Positions 43,574 to 55,855 are shown, counted from the first letter of the stretch. The stretch is 64,000 nucleotides of DNA from Alphaproteobacteria bacterium (GCA_017642585.1 JAGCOR010000025.1:19537-83536); one strand, 5' to 3'. Numbers and translations: made by a program. Notes: generated by a model not told the origin, from the sequence alone.

Positions 43574-44551
43574 ATGAATCAAAAATTTGTAGATTTTATG
43601 AATAAATACCAAAATGTTCCAATGGCTTTGGGGGTCAGTGGTGGGGTTGATTCTATGTGTTTATTGTATTGGTTACATGAAATTGGTGCCAATGTTTATT
43701 GTTTGCACGTCAACCACAGATTAAGACCCGAAGCAGACATTGAAACCGAATATGTTATTGATGTTTGCAAGAAATTAAATATTCCATGTCATATTTTTTA
43801 TTGGGACGAAGAAAAACCTGAAAACGGATTGGAAGCGGCCGCCCGCGAAGCACGCTATAAAATGATGACAGATTTTTGTCATGAAAATAACATTGAATAT
43901 TTAGTAACCGCGCATCAAAGCGATGATCAAATTGAAACTTTCTTGATGAATTTATCACGTGGCAGTGGTTTGTATGGTCTGTCAGCTATGTTGCCAGAAT
44001 CTGAAAGAAATGGTATTAAAATTATTCGCCCGTTATTAGAGGTTTCCCGCAAAGAAATCAGACAATATTGTGATGATAATAATATTCGTTATTTCATTGA
44101 TTCTATGAACAGTGATGATCATTATACGCGTGTTAAAATTCGTAAAAACAGACATTTGTTGGAAGATGATTTGGGTATCAGTGATTCCAGAATTTTATTG
44201 GCGATTCAAAATCTGGGTCGAACACGCGAATGGATGGATAAATATATTTCTTTGCGCATAGAAATGGTTATTCGTTCATGGGGTGCGATGTTTATTTCTT
44301 CTTTTTTATTTGACGAAGCGGAAGAAATTAGATTAAAGTTTTTGGGATCTTTGATTCAAAAGATTGGGGGGAATGATTATCCTGTTCGCTTGAATTCTTT
44401 GAAACAAGCACTATGTAATTTACAGTCGGATTGTAAATTCACATTGGGGCATTGTACGATTCGCAGATTAGGGGACAGAATTTTAATCGTTCCAGAGGGT
44501 AAAAAAACAAGTTTTAGGAAAAGACATGAAAAAAGAAAGAAAAATATTTAA
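43574..44551 (+). CDS. tilS: tRNA(Ile)-lysidine synthetase
   Basis: PP-loop LGVSGGVDSMCLL, HVNHRLR and AHQSDDQIETFL. Confidence 0.88.
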   Translation: MNQKFVDFMNKYQNVPMALGVSGGVDSMCLLYWLHEIGANVYCLHVNHRLRPEADIETEYVIDVCKKLNIPCHIFYWDEEKPENGLEAAAREARYKMMTDFCHENNIEYLVTAHQSDDQIETFLMNLSRGSGLYGLSAMLPESERNGIKIIRPLLEVSRKEIRQYCDDNNIRYFIDSMNSDDHYTRVKIRKNRHLLEDDLGISDSRILLAIQNLGRTREWMDKYISLRIEMVIRSWGAMFISSFLFDEAEEIRLKFLGSLIQKIGGNDYPVRLNSLKQALCNLQSDCKFTLGHCTIRRLGDRILIVPEGKKTSFRKRHEKRKKNI

Positions 44552-46418
44552 CAGAAAAGACGGTTCCAAATTTTACTTAATTGTTTTCATTATATTTTTT
44601 GTTGCATTGATTGCGCGTGTGTTGTTTTTCTCTGATGTTCAAAATACAAATGTGAACCCAGAAGAACAAACAGTCAAAGCACCGATTGAATTATCTTTTT
44701 CTGATGTTTTACGCAGAAGTGATGATATTAAAACTATGAATATATCCAAAGATAATACTGCAAATGGTGTTTTAAAAGACGGAACACCATACAAGGCAGT
44801 GATTGCTTATAACCCAGAAATGTTGGAAAAAATTTCTAACAGTGGGGCGGTTATATCCATAGATAACAGCGCTTCTACGGTAGATACCATGTATAAATGG
44901 TTTTCTATATTTGTGGGCGGTTTATTCCTGTTTTGGTTGTTAAAAATGTTGCGCGGTGGCAATGGTGGTGGTATCACACGCAGTTTAATTGGCCAAAATC
45001 CAACCAAGGTTACAACAGGTAAAACAAAAACGACTTTCAAAGATGTTGCGGGGATAGACGCAGAAAAACAAGAATTGATGGAAGTTGTAGATTTCTTGAA
45101 AAACCGTGAAAAATTCAAAGCATTGGGCGCACGTGTGCCACGCGGAATTTTGTTGTCCGGGGAACCAGGAACAGGTAAAACTTTGTTGGCTCGTGCCGTT
45201 GCAGGCGAAGCAAATGTTCCTTTCTTTGCTACATCGGGCAGTGATTTTTCAGGAATCATCGTTGGTTTGGGTGTTGCAAAAATTAAAGAAATTTTTGAAT
45301 TGGCAAAACGTAATGCACCATGTATTTTGTTCATAGATGAAATTGATGCGATTGGTCAAAGCCGCAGTAAACATTCCTATAATGACAATGATCGTGAACA
45401 AACTTTGAATCAATTGTTGATTGAAATGGATGGTTTTGCAAACGAAACAGGCATCATTGTTATTGCTGCAACGAATCGCCCTGACATGTTAGATGCTGCA
45501 TTGTTGCGCCCTGGTCGTTTCGACAGACAGATTCACATTGATTTACCAAACATGGAAGGCCGTAAAGATATTTTGAATTTACATGCCAAGAAATTCAAAA
45601 TAGATGAAAAGGTTGCAATGATTGATGTTGCACGCGGAACAACTGGTTTTTCTGGGGCTGATTTGGAAAATCTGTTGAACGAAGCAGCGTTGCATGCAGT
45701 GCGCAGTAATCACAAAGTTGTTGAACAAAGCGATATAGAAGAAGCACGCGATAAGATTTTAATGGGACCAAAAAAGAACCGCAAAATGCGCCCGGAAGAT
45801 ATCAAATTAACAGCTTATCACGAAGCAGGGCATGCGTTTATCGGTTTGCATTATGAAGGTATCACAGACCCAATTCACAAAGCGACAATCGTTCCACGTG
45901 GACATGCGTTGGGTATGGTTCAACATTTGCCAATCGATGACAAAGTTTCTATGACTTTGGAAGAAATTCGTGCAAATTTGTCTGTGTATTTGGCGGGTCG
46001 TGTATCCGAAGAAATTTTCTTTGGAAATAAAAAAATCACAACTGGGGCAGAAAACGATATCAAAATGGCAACCCGTTTGGTGCGTTATTCTGTTACAACC
46101 GCGGGATTGTCTGACAAGATTGGTTTGGTTTCTGTAAATCAGGCAAACACATTTGGCCAAAGAATTGCTTTGGAAAATGCGTCAGAAAAAACAGCTCAAG
46201 CTGTTGATGAAGAAATTCGTAGTTGGATGGATTCTGCATATAAAGATGCTAAAAATTTAATTATGAAAAACAAAAACACTGTTGAAAAAATTGCCAAGGC
46301 ATTGTTAGACAAAGAAACATTGACTGGTGATGAAATCAAAGAAATTGTGTTTGGTAAAAAAGCATCAAAAAAGACAGTTGCAAAAAAGCCAACCAAGAAA
46401 GCAAATGCAAAAAAATAA
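44526..46418 (+). CDS. ftsH: ATP-dependent zinc metalloprotease FtsH
   Basis: N-terminal TM segments, Walker A GEPGTGKTLLARAVAGEA, ATNRPD and the zinc motif HEAGHA. It follows tilS, as is common in alphaproteobacteria. Confidence 0.95.
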   Translation: MKKERKIFNRKDGSKFYLIVFIIFFVALIARVLFFSDVQNTNVNPEEQTVKAPIELSFSDVLRRSDDIKTMNISKDNTANGVLKDGTPYKAVIAYNPEMLEKISNSGAVISIDNSASTVDTMYKWFSIFVGGLFLFWLLKMLRGGNGGGITRSLIGQNPTKVTTGKTKTTFKDVAGIDAEKQELMEVVDFLKNREKFKALGARVPRGILLSGEPGTGKTLLARAVAGEANVPFFATSGSDFSGIIVGLGVAKIKEIFELAKRNAPCILFIDEIDAIGQSRSKHSYNDNDREQTLNQLLIEMDGFANETGIIVIAATNRPDMLDAALLRPGRFDRQIHIDLPNMEGRKDILNLHAKKFKIDEKVAMIDVARGTTGFSGADLENLLNEAALHAVRSNHKVVEQSDIEEARDKILMGPKKNRKMRPEDIKLTAYHEAGHAFIGLHYEGITDPIHKATIVPRGHALGMVQHLPIDDKVSMTLEEIRANLSVYLAGRVSEEIFFGNKKITTGAENDIKMATRLVRYSVTTAGLSDKIGLVSVNQANTFGQRIALENASEKTAQAVDEEIRSWMDSAYKDAKNLIMKNKNTVEKIAKALLDKETLTGDEIKEIVFGKKASKKTVAKKPTKKANAKK

Positions 46419-47049
46419 CGAAGTAAAATTTGAAGTTATTCACATGCCACCAACGAACACCAATTCGTTGGTGGTATCTTGTGGGGTGGACTCTGTTATT
46501 TTTGATGCGTGGGGCAAAGCTGCTGATTGGGAACGTGTTTTATTGGAACGTGGATTAAAACTGCGCGCGATATATTCAACACATGGACATCCAGACCATA
46601 TATCTGCGGCACCTGCGTTGGCACGTGCGTTCAATGTTGATTGGTTTTTAAATCAAAATGATGATTATTTAATTGGTTGGGGTAATGAAATATTAGATAT
46701 GTTTGGCCTGCCACATATTCATTCAAATTATAAAAAGCCAATAAATATCTCTGCGGGTAATATCGAAATATTGCCAGATGTAAATATGGAAATAATGGAA
46801 AGTCCAGGACACACCCCCGGCGGTTTAATGTTTTATTTCCCAAAATATCAAATTTTGATGACGGGCGACACTTTGTTCGCAGACGGTTTTGGTCGTTATG
46901 ATTTCCCAGGTGGTGATGAAGAACAACTGATGCAATCTATTCATAATTTATATGATATGGATTTAGATGATGGGACATATGTTGTTCATGGACATGGTAT
47001 GGATACCACAATTGAATGGTTAAAAAAACACAATCAGTTTTTTAAATAG
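46405..47049 (+). CDS. MBL-fold metallo-hydrolase
   Basis: STHGHPDHISAAP (HxHxDH) and SPGHTPGG. The ORF-track start 46327 lies inside ftsH, so the start was moved to ATG 46405 (46444 is also possible). Confidence 0.75.
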   Translation: MQKNNEVKFEVIHMPPTNTNSLVVSCGVDSVIFDAWGKAADWERVLLERGLKLRAIYSTHGHPDHISAAPALARAFNVDWFLNQNDDYLIGWGNEILDMFGLPHIHSNYKKPINISAGNIEILPDVNMEIMESPGHTPGGLMFYFPKYQILMTGDTLFADGFGRYDFPGGDEEQLMQSIHNLYDMDLDDGTYVVHGHGMDTTIEWLKKHNQFFK

Positions 47050-47809
47050 AAAATACCAGAACGCGATTTATACCATTTAAATCTTTTTCAACGCGTTCAA
47101 AATTCCAACCAAAAAATTGAAATATTTTTATAACTAAATTTGATTGACCAACCCCAATTTCCAGATATATTTTTCCGTGTTCATTTATCAAACTTAAAGC
47201 ATTTTTTGCAATTTCTTCATATGCGGATAACCCATTGTTTTTTGCGTATAACGCAATTTTGGGGTCGAATTTTGCACCCGTATTAACACGTGTGTCACCA
47301 TATGGAATATATGGTGGGTTTGAAACAATTATGTCGAATTTATCAGCAGATTTAAAGGTGGCAAAATCTGCACATTTTGTTTTTATTTTGTCTTTTAATT
47401 TCAATCTTTTGATATTTTTATTTGCCACACGCAAAGCGGGTTTAGATTTATCAATAGCAACCCCAGATAACCCGTCTATGTTTTTACATAAGGCACAAAT
47501 AATACAACCTGTGCCGGTGCCCATGTCTAAAATTCTGCGGGGTTTTGTTTCAATGCAATCGTTTATTACCGCGGAAACCAGGGTTTCTGTATCTGGGCGT
47601 GGATCCAAAGTGTTTTTATTTGTGTAAAATTCCAATCCATAAAACCACTTTGATTTAATAATTTTTGCCACAGGCATACCGCGACGAAGTAAGTGCGCAT
47701 AATAAATAGTGCGCAAAAATGATATTTTTTTGTATTTGTCTGTGATGATTCGGGCGGCCCGTCCATCCCCAGCAGATTTTAAAATTTCGAATGCTTGATT
47801 TATATTCAT
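47042..47809 (-). CDS. prmC: Peptide chain release factor N5-glutamine methyltransferase (HemK/PrmC)
   Basis: SAM-binding DMGTGTGCI and VSNPPYIP (NPPY). Start set at the internal Met MNINQAFEIL (codon 47807-47809). Confidence 0.8.
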   Translation of the reverse strand: MNINQAFEILKSAGDGRAARIITDKYKKISFLRTIYYAHLLRRGMPVAKIIKSKWFYGLEFYTNKNTLDPRPDTETLVSAVINDCIETKPRRILDMGTGTGCIICALCKNIDGLSGVAIDKSKPALRVANKNIKRLKLKDKIKTKCADFATFKSADKFDIIVSNPPYIPYGDTRVNTGAKFDPKIALYAKNNGLSAYEEIAKNALSLINEHGKIYLEIGVGQSNLVIKIFQFFGWNFERVEKDLNGINRVLVFSI

Positions 47810-47830
47810 ATTTTTATTATAATAGGCCCT

Positions 47831-49138
47831 ATGAAAAAAGCAAAAGATATTATAAGAAAAATTCGTATTGGATGTAAAAAATCTTGCAGATGCGTATGCC
47901 ACGCAGATATTTTATCCAGGGTTATTTTAGGCGTTGCAATCTTATTAATGGTTGTTGCGTTGGGGTTGGTGTTCTTTTATAAATCTGGGACAATTTCAAA
48001 TGTTTTTGTTCCAAAAGAATCTCATACTGTGGTAGAGGTTAAATCTGGGGACACGTTGTCGAAAATATTGAGCAACGAAGGTTTTTCTGGCAAAGATATA
48101 GAATCTATATCGAAAATGTTAAAGAAAGAGGTTGGATTAACCACTTTGTATGCCAACAAAGACAAGGTTGATTTTATTCGTGATGATGAAACCAAACCAA
48201 TTTCAAAAATTGTTATTATCAAAGGTCCATGGAATCGCGTTGAAATAGATTGTGGTCAACCTGATGTGTGGCAATGTCAAAACATAGAAATAGAACGCGA
48301 CACACGTGTTACATACCGCGAAGGTGAAATTTTGGACGGCGACAGTTTTTATCTGGCCGGGATGCGCGCGGGAATTCCTGCGGGAATATTGGCAGATGTT
48401 TATGATTTGTTGGCATTTGAAATGGACTTTGAACGTGATGTTCGTGCCAGACAAAAATTCTATGTTTTGTATGAAGAAAATTTTGCTGCGGATAATACCA
48501 AAGTTGATACAGGACATGTGTTGGCTGTTTCTTTTGAAGCTCTGCGTGGTCGTGTTCAAATGTATAGATTCAAAAAGGCAGACGGAACCGTTGGTTATTA
48601 TGATGAAAACGGTAATGGTGCGATAAAATCTTTGAAACGCACCCCCATCAATAATGCAAAAATCACATCCAGTTTTTCAAGTCGCAGAAAACATCCTGTG
48701 TTGGGATTTACACGTGCCCACAAAGGTGTAGATTTCCGCGCGTCAACTGGAACACCAATTCCTGCGGCGGGGGCGGGGCGTGTTATCGCACGTGGATTTA
48801 ACCGCGGACATGGTAATTATGTGAAAATCAGACATAATGGAACATTTGAAACTTTGTATGCCCATATGTCCAGATTTGCCAAAGGTGTTAATGTTGGAAC
48901 TGCTGTAAAACAGGGACAAACTGTTGGTTATGTTGGTTCAACAGGTCTGTCAACAGGACCACATTTGCACTATGAAATTATTAAAAACGGACAACACGTA
49001 AATCCTATGACTGTAAAATTGCCTGCTATTAACAATCTGGATAATGCAAACAAGAAAGTGTTTATGGAGCGCAAAACCCAGATAGATGCTGCGGTTGAAG
49101 AATTAAAATTAAACCCAAAAAATATCGTTCGTTTATAA
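47831..49138 (+). CDS. M23-family peptidoglycan metalloendopeptidase
   Basis: N-terminal TM helix, HKGVDFRASTGTPI and GPHLHYEI metal-binding motifs. Start set at MKKAKDII (47831). Confidence 0.85.
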   Translation: MKKAKDIIRKIRIGCKKSCRCVCHADILSRVILGVAILLMVVALGLVFFYKSGTISNVFVPKESHTVVEVKSGDTLSKILSNEGFSGKDIESISKMLKKEVGLTTLYANKDKVDFIRDDETKPISKIVIIKGPWNRVEIDCGQPDVWQCQNIEIERDTRVTYREGEILDGDSFYLAGMRAGIPAGILADVYDLLAFEMDFERDVRARQKFYVLYEENFAADNTKVDTGHVLAVSFEALRGRVQMYRFKKADGTVGYYDENGNGAIKSLKRTPINNAKITSSFSSRRKHPVLGFTRAHKGVDFRASTGTPIPAAGAGRVIARGFNRGHGNYVKIRHNGTFETLYAHMSRFAKGVNVGTAVKQGQTVGYVGSTGLSTGPHLHYEIIKNGQHVNPMTVKLPAINNLDNANKKVFMERKTQIDAAVEELKLNPKNIVRL

Positions 49139-49265
49139 TCTGCCAGACAGCCCAGTTTTGTGCAAAAATACGCGTGGTGTACGGGGTGAATTTTTTTGAA
49201 TTATTATGTTGACTTAATATTTTTTTGTGTAAAAATAAAAGTCGCTTAAAACAAAAGGATTTATT

Positions 49266-52166
49266 GTGGCAGACATAACTTTGGCAGAAATACGTACAAT
49301 CAGAAAAAAAGCACAAAATGCTGATGCTTTTGTAAATGCAAAAGCAGATGCAACCAGATTGGTTAAAAGTTATATGGATAATACACGTAGTATAAAAAAT
49401 ACTCCGCTGACTATTAAAACTTTCTGGGAAATTGTTAATATGCTTGAAAATGGGCCTTTGAAACAGGCAGCATTGGATCGTTTGAATCAAGAATATCCAG
49501 AATATATTGCTCAAATTAAACCAAGAAAATTGAAATTATACCGCAGACGTTCTGAAAATGCAGATAGTGTGGAATTGAATTTTGTTTTAACTACACTGAA
49601 AATTTACAGACGTATGGGATTAGTCAAAAAGAAACAATACAAAGAATTAACAGAATCTGCTGATGTTAAAAAAATTGATAAATTTTTGGCAAATGTTCGC
49701 ACATTAAATCATGAACAAGAATTAGAATTTGCCGAATATTTTGCATATGAATATATGGATAATTTGTCCTGTGTGCCACCAATTATTTTGGCGCGTGCCC
49801 ATGAATCTTTGCGTATCAAAACAGAAAAAGGCAAACGTGGTTTAACAGAAGATTTGTACAATATGGTTGGTGTTCGTATCGATGAATTATCAAGTCATTT
49901 TGCACTGTATTTTGATGCGAATAATTACAGACCAAGCGACAAAGATAAATTGATATTCAATTTTGCAGACAGAACAAATATTGCAGATGCTTTTGATGGA
50001 TATCGTCAAATGTTTGAAGAACGTTTAAAGTTCTTTAACAGAAATCCAGAAGGCACAATGCATGTCGAATTAAAAAATAATATCGATAAAATAAACAAAA
50101 TTATCGATGTTTATGACAAAGAATGGAAATTAAACAGTGTCTTGGATGATGAAGATAAATTGGAAGTCAAATGGGATGCTGTGAATACCATATTGGAAAA
50201 CACTGAATTATCTCCAGATGTAATTAAACAAATCGCTGGTTATAAATTTTTGAACAAGCAAAAAAAGCCGATTCCTCAATTCATAGATGAAAACGGCAAA
50301 AAACATGTTGATTACCAAGACGGCTATAAAATTGATCCAGATGGTCGTTTGAATCAAATCATAAAATTGGCAAAACATGATGTCGCTTTAAGAAGTATTG
50401 GCGATCCGTCCAATCCACAAAATGAACCGGCAGAATTAGCAAACAGATTAAATGAACATGTTTTGTATAAATTGTTCGAAATTGATACTGTGGCCAAAGC
50501 TTTGGAAAGCGCGAAAGAAAACCCAGATCAATTTACCAATCCTGAACATTTGCAACAGTTTATAAAAAATTTAAGCACCAAAGGCGGGTCTATATCCGAT
50601 GCGGGATATAATTTCGCTTTGGATGACCAGGTAGACAAGACGGCAGGATTTGCTGCGCGTTTGAATTCTAAATTGAAAGATTTAGATTGCTTGAAAAATG
50701 GCAATTTAATTGGTTCTTTGTTCAAACCAATTGAAAACATTGATAAAAGAGCAGGTGCACGTATCAAAGATGATAATTTTGATAAACGTAAAACCAAGAT
50801 AGAATTTTTCAAACGTTTGTTCAAAACATTTGGAAATACTTTGTTGGCCAGCGCAATGTTGTCTGCTGTTGGAATCAGTGCGGCTACAATCGCAGGAATT
50901 AACCCAGCAATTGCAATCGCTACTGTTGGTGTGGCTACTGCAATTGCCAGAGTTGTTTTCCAAATTAACAAATGGCGTAAAAATCAGCAAAAATTAGGTT
51001 TGCCAGATGATTTACAAACTATGTTACAAGACAAAAGAATGTTATTGTCTTGGGGAATCAGTGGCGTAGCTGCGTTGGCATTGGTTTTTGGAGCAGCAGG
51101 ATTTACAGCGGCTGCGTTGGCATTAGGATATGGTGCAATAACTGTTGGTGGTGTTACAAATGCACGTCAAACATATCAAGACGCGTTGAACAGAGGTTTA
51201 GATTCTAAATCTGCAATTGCGTGGGGTATTGGTATGGCAGTTGCTGCATTGGTTGGTGGTATTTTGGGACGCGCTGGTGTCAAAGCTTTTGCATCAAATA
51301 CAGTTAGTGCGACCGCACCAGAAAACCCTGAACAAGCCGAAGCACAAACAAATGGCGAAGAAGTCGCGCAACAGGAAGCTCAACAAGAAGCACAACAAGA
51401 ACCACAACAGCCAGAACCTGAGGTTCAAGAACAAACACAAGAATTGACTTATACTCAAGAAGCTTTGGAACACGAACAAAAGATTGCACAATATTGGTAT
51501 CAAGATGATTTGAATCAATTACAACATGATACTGATTTGGTCAGACAATATAATGAAGCACATGGAACACACATTGATCCGAATCGCGCAGTTGTTATGC
51601 GTGCTTTGGCGGGCGGTCATGTTCCAAGCAATCATGAAATTTTGGTTGATGATGCGGGCAACACCAGATTTACACACGGTAATGTGAAAGTTTTTGGTGC
51701 GGGTTGGTTAAAAGCTCACCCTGATTTTACAGCCACAGACATCAAAGAAGCAGCCAATGTATTTTCAACTGGTACTGCCAGTGAAGCTGGCATGGATGCC
51801 ATAGCGCGTTTGGATAAAATAGTTTCTTTTGATAATCATGTGGGGCACGCAATCCCAGAAGTTCAAAGTGTAAATGGGATGAATACATATACAGATGGTA
51901 AATCTGCATTTGTTGAACAACCTGTGGAACAACAGCTACAACCAGACATGCCACCAGTTGAAAAACCTGTTATTGAAAATCAAGGTGGTGATGAACCTTC
52001 GCCTGTGATTGAAAATCCTGTGGAACAACCAACAAATGAAACAGGGGTTACAGGTGGAATGAATATGTTTGGACCTTTGAATTTGAAAGTCAAAGCAGGT
52101 GTGAAAAAATTAAGAAACCGTATGGGATCTTTCTTGGATAACGTATTCCAAGCAAGACAAAGATAA
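49266..52166 (+). CDS. Large membrane protein of unknown function (966 aa)
   Basis: GTG start with AAGGA upstream and no signal peptide. About 520 aa of soluble N-terminal region, then a cluster of Gly/Ala-rich TM helices (aa ~525-700). A Q/E/P linker (QQEAQQEAQQEPQQPEPEVQEQTQE) precedes a ~230-aa C-terminal domain. Confidence 0.65.
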   Translation: MADITLAEIRTIRKKAQNADAFVNAKADATRLVKSYMDNTRSIKNTPLTIKTFWEIVNMLENGPLKQAALDRLNQEYPEYIAQIKPRKLKLYRRRSENADSVELNFVLTTLKIYRRMGLVKKKQYKELTESADVKKIDKFLANVRTLNHEQELEFAEYFAYEYMDNLSCVPPIILARAHESLRIKTEKGKRGLTEDLYNMVGVRIDELSSHFALYFDANNYRPSDKDKLIFNFADRTNIADAFDGYRQMFEERLKFFNRNPEGTMHVELKNNIDKINKIIDVYDKEWKLNSVLDDEDKLEVKWDAVNTILENTELSPDVIKQIAGYKFLNKQKKPIPQFIDENGKKHVDYQDGYKIDPDGRLNQIIKLAKHDVALRSIGDPSNPQNEPAELANRLNEHVLYKLFEIDTVAKALESAKENPDQFTNPEHLQQFIKNLSTKGGSISDAGYNFALDDQVDKTAGFAARLNSKLKDLDCLKNGNLIGSLFKPIENIDKRAGARIKDDNFDKRKTKIEFFKRLFKTFGNTLLASAMLSAVGISAATIAGINPAIAIATVGVATAIARVVFQINKWRKNQQKLGLPDDLQTMLQDKRMLLSWGISGVAALALVFGAAGFTAAALALGYGAITVGGVTNARQTYQDALNRGLDSKSAIAWGIGMAVAALVGGILGRAGVKAFASNTVSATAPENPEQAEAQTNGEEVAQQEAQQEAQQEPQQPEPEVQEQTQELTYTQEALEHEQKIAQYWYQDDLNQLQHDTDLVRQYNEAHGTHIDPNRAVVMRALAGGHVPSNHEILVDDAGNTRFTHGNVKVFGAGWLKAHPDFTATDIKEAANVFSTGTASEAGMDAIARLDKIVSFDNHVGHAIPEVQSVNGMNTYTDGKSAFVEQPVEQQLQPDMPPVEKPVIENQGGDEPSPVIENPVEQPTNETGVTGGMNMFGPLNLKVKAGVKKLRNRMGSFLDNVFQARQR

Positions 52167-52182
52167 AATTTGTTATCAAAAT

Positions 52183-52210
52183 AAAAACCGCCATATCGGC
52201 GGTTTTTTAT
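52183..52210. terminator. Bidirectional rho-independent terminator
   Basis: AAAACCGCC-atatc-GGCGGTTTT with flanking A- and T-runs. Confidence 0.65.
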
Positions 52211-52223
52211 TTGATGTATAAAA

Positions 52224-52430
52224 TTATTTTCTTGATGCAATGAACAGGGCCGCCAACCAACCAACAATGGAATATCCAAACAGCCACGACAGACCGCGAA
52301 TTTCCACCAATTCATGTTTTTTCTTGTCGTTCGCCGCACCCAAATATGATGGCGCAAAAAATATACATATCACTAATAAAGTTGCGATAATATATCTTAA
52401 CCACAATAATACATTAACACCAAACAACAT
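52224..52430 (-). CDS. Small two-TM membrane protein, superinfection-immunity-like (68 aa)
   Basis: ...FFAPSYLGAANDKKKHELV...GYSIVGWLAALFIA resembles the Imm_superinfect pattern (P..A....H....GW..AL), from memory. It starts 1 nt after the eno stop. Confidence 0.45.
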   Translation of the reverse strand: MLFGVNVLLWLRYIIATLLVICIFFAPSYLGAANDKKKHELVEIRGLSWLFGYSIVGWLAALFIASRK

Positions 52431-52431
52431 T

Positions 52432-54484
<2,053 letters not shown>

Positions 54485-54488
<4 letters not shown>

Positions 54489-54970
54489 AATTTTATCACC
54501 ATTTTATCTGTTAGTGTTTTATCGCCATTGCTGGATTCTATGCGGACATTACCAATCAATGTCAAAATTTTGTCTTTCAAATTAAATTGTGCACGGTTTG
54601 CAGATACATTTTCAACAACTTTTCCTTTGTCTGAATTTCTGGTGATGGAACCAGTAGGTTTTTCCAGAAAGACAATATCTGGCTTTTCGTATTCTTTATG
54701 CCCGGATTCTGCGTGAATTTTAAATGGATTATTATCTTTGTCAGTGCCAACAAAATAAGCATTAGTCATTTTAAATTGGTTGGATACCATATCGCGCATA
54801 TTTACCGCGGTTATAGGTGTCCACAAAATTTGTTTAGAAAACAGAAAAGCAACGACCAAAACAACAACCATAACCAATCCCCAGCCCGTAAAGAAAAATT
54901 GCCACAGACGTGTAAGGCGTTTATGTTTAGATATAATTATAAAATTACGTTTATCTTGTTGCACAGGCAT
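54485..54970 (-). CDS. lptC: LptC-like membrane-anchored LPS export protein
   Basis: N-terminal TM helix LWQFFFTGWGLVMVVVLVVAFLF, followed by a beta-rich ~110-aa domain. Position is directly upstream of lptB. Confidence 0.5.
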
Positions 54971-55054
54971 AGTTTAGTCGTTTGAAAACAAAAATGCAAT
55001 TTTTATATTTATATTAAACTTTTTTTGTGATATAATGTTCATATTGAAGAGAGA

Positions 55055-55855
55055 ATGAAAAAAACAATATCTATATTTTTTATGGCACTGTTTTTAATAC
55101 CATCGGTATCGATGGGTGCTGTCAGTGTTAAAAAAGCATCTTCTGTTAAGGTTAACCAACAAGAGAAAATGGAATCTGCAACCAGTTTGGTTCCAACTGT
55201 TATTGGTTTGGTGGGCAGTGTGAAATCATTAAATGCACAACAGGATCAATTAGAAGCGGACTGTGTGCCTACGTCTGAAGATATAAGAATTGTTAATGAT
55301 TTAGTCAAAGAATGGGCAAAAATTGGCGATACAACTGCTAATGTTGCGGTCAGTGGATTGGGAAATCCTTGTTCTGCTGATGGATCCGAAGGGTCTTATG
55401 CAAGTGCTATGCAGGATTTGGACAAGGGTGAAAGCTGCTATGAATTTTATGGCGGTAGTTCTAACAAAGACACTGTTTGGTATGAATTTCCAAAGGCGAG
55501 TTATGCCAAAATATGCAAAGATGGAAATGCTAAAGATTGCAGGAATGTATCCAATATCTATGATGTTTTTGCAAAGATTCCTTTTACCACCGAAGATTAT
55601 TCTAAATCTGAATTGGCAAATGTTACAAGATTAATTGAAAAATCTGAAAAATGTGCGCCTGGAAAAATTGCCGCAGCTAAACGTGAATTGTGGGGTGGTT
55701 TCTTGACCCAGACATTATCTGGTGTGGGACAAAGTGCGGGTGTAAGTGGTACAGATTCTATTATGCAGATGGTTTCTTCATCTGGTGGTGGTGGAATTCA
55801 ATCTATGTTACCGTCATTGGGTGGTATGGCGACCCAAATGTTGGGCGGTCAATAG
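55055..55855 (+). CDS. Secreted Cys-containing protein with a Gly/Ser/Met-rich C-terminal tail (266 aa)
   Basis: Signal peptide MKKTISIFFMALFLIPSVSMGA, six Cys in the mature part, and the tail ...SSSGGGGIQSMLPSLGGMATQMLGGQ. Confidence 0.6.
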   Translation: MKKTISIFFMALFLIPSVSMGAVSVKKASSVKVNQQEKMESATSLVPTVIGLVGSVKSLNAQQDQLEADCVPTSEDIRIVNDLVKEWAKIGDTTANVAVSGLGNPCSADGSEGSYASAMQDLDKGESCYEFYGGSSNKDTVWYEFPKASYAKICKDGNAKDCRNVSNIYDVFAKIPFTTEDYSKSELANVTRLIEKSEKCAPGKIAAAKRELWGGFLTQTLSGVGQSAGVSGTDSIMQMVSSSGGGGIQSMLPSLGGMATQMLGGQ

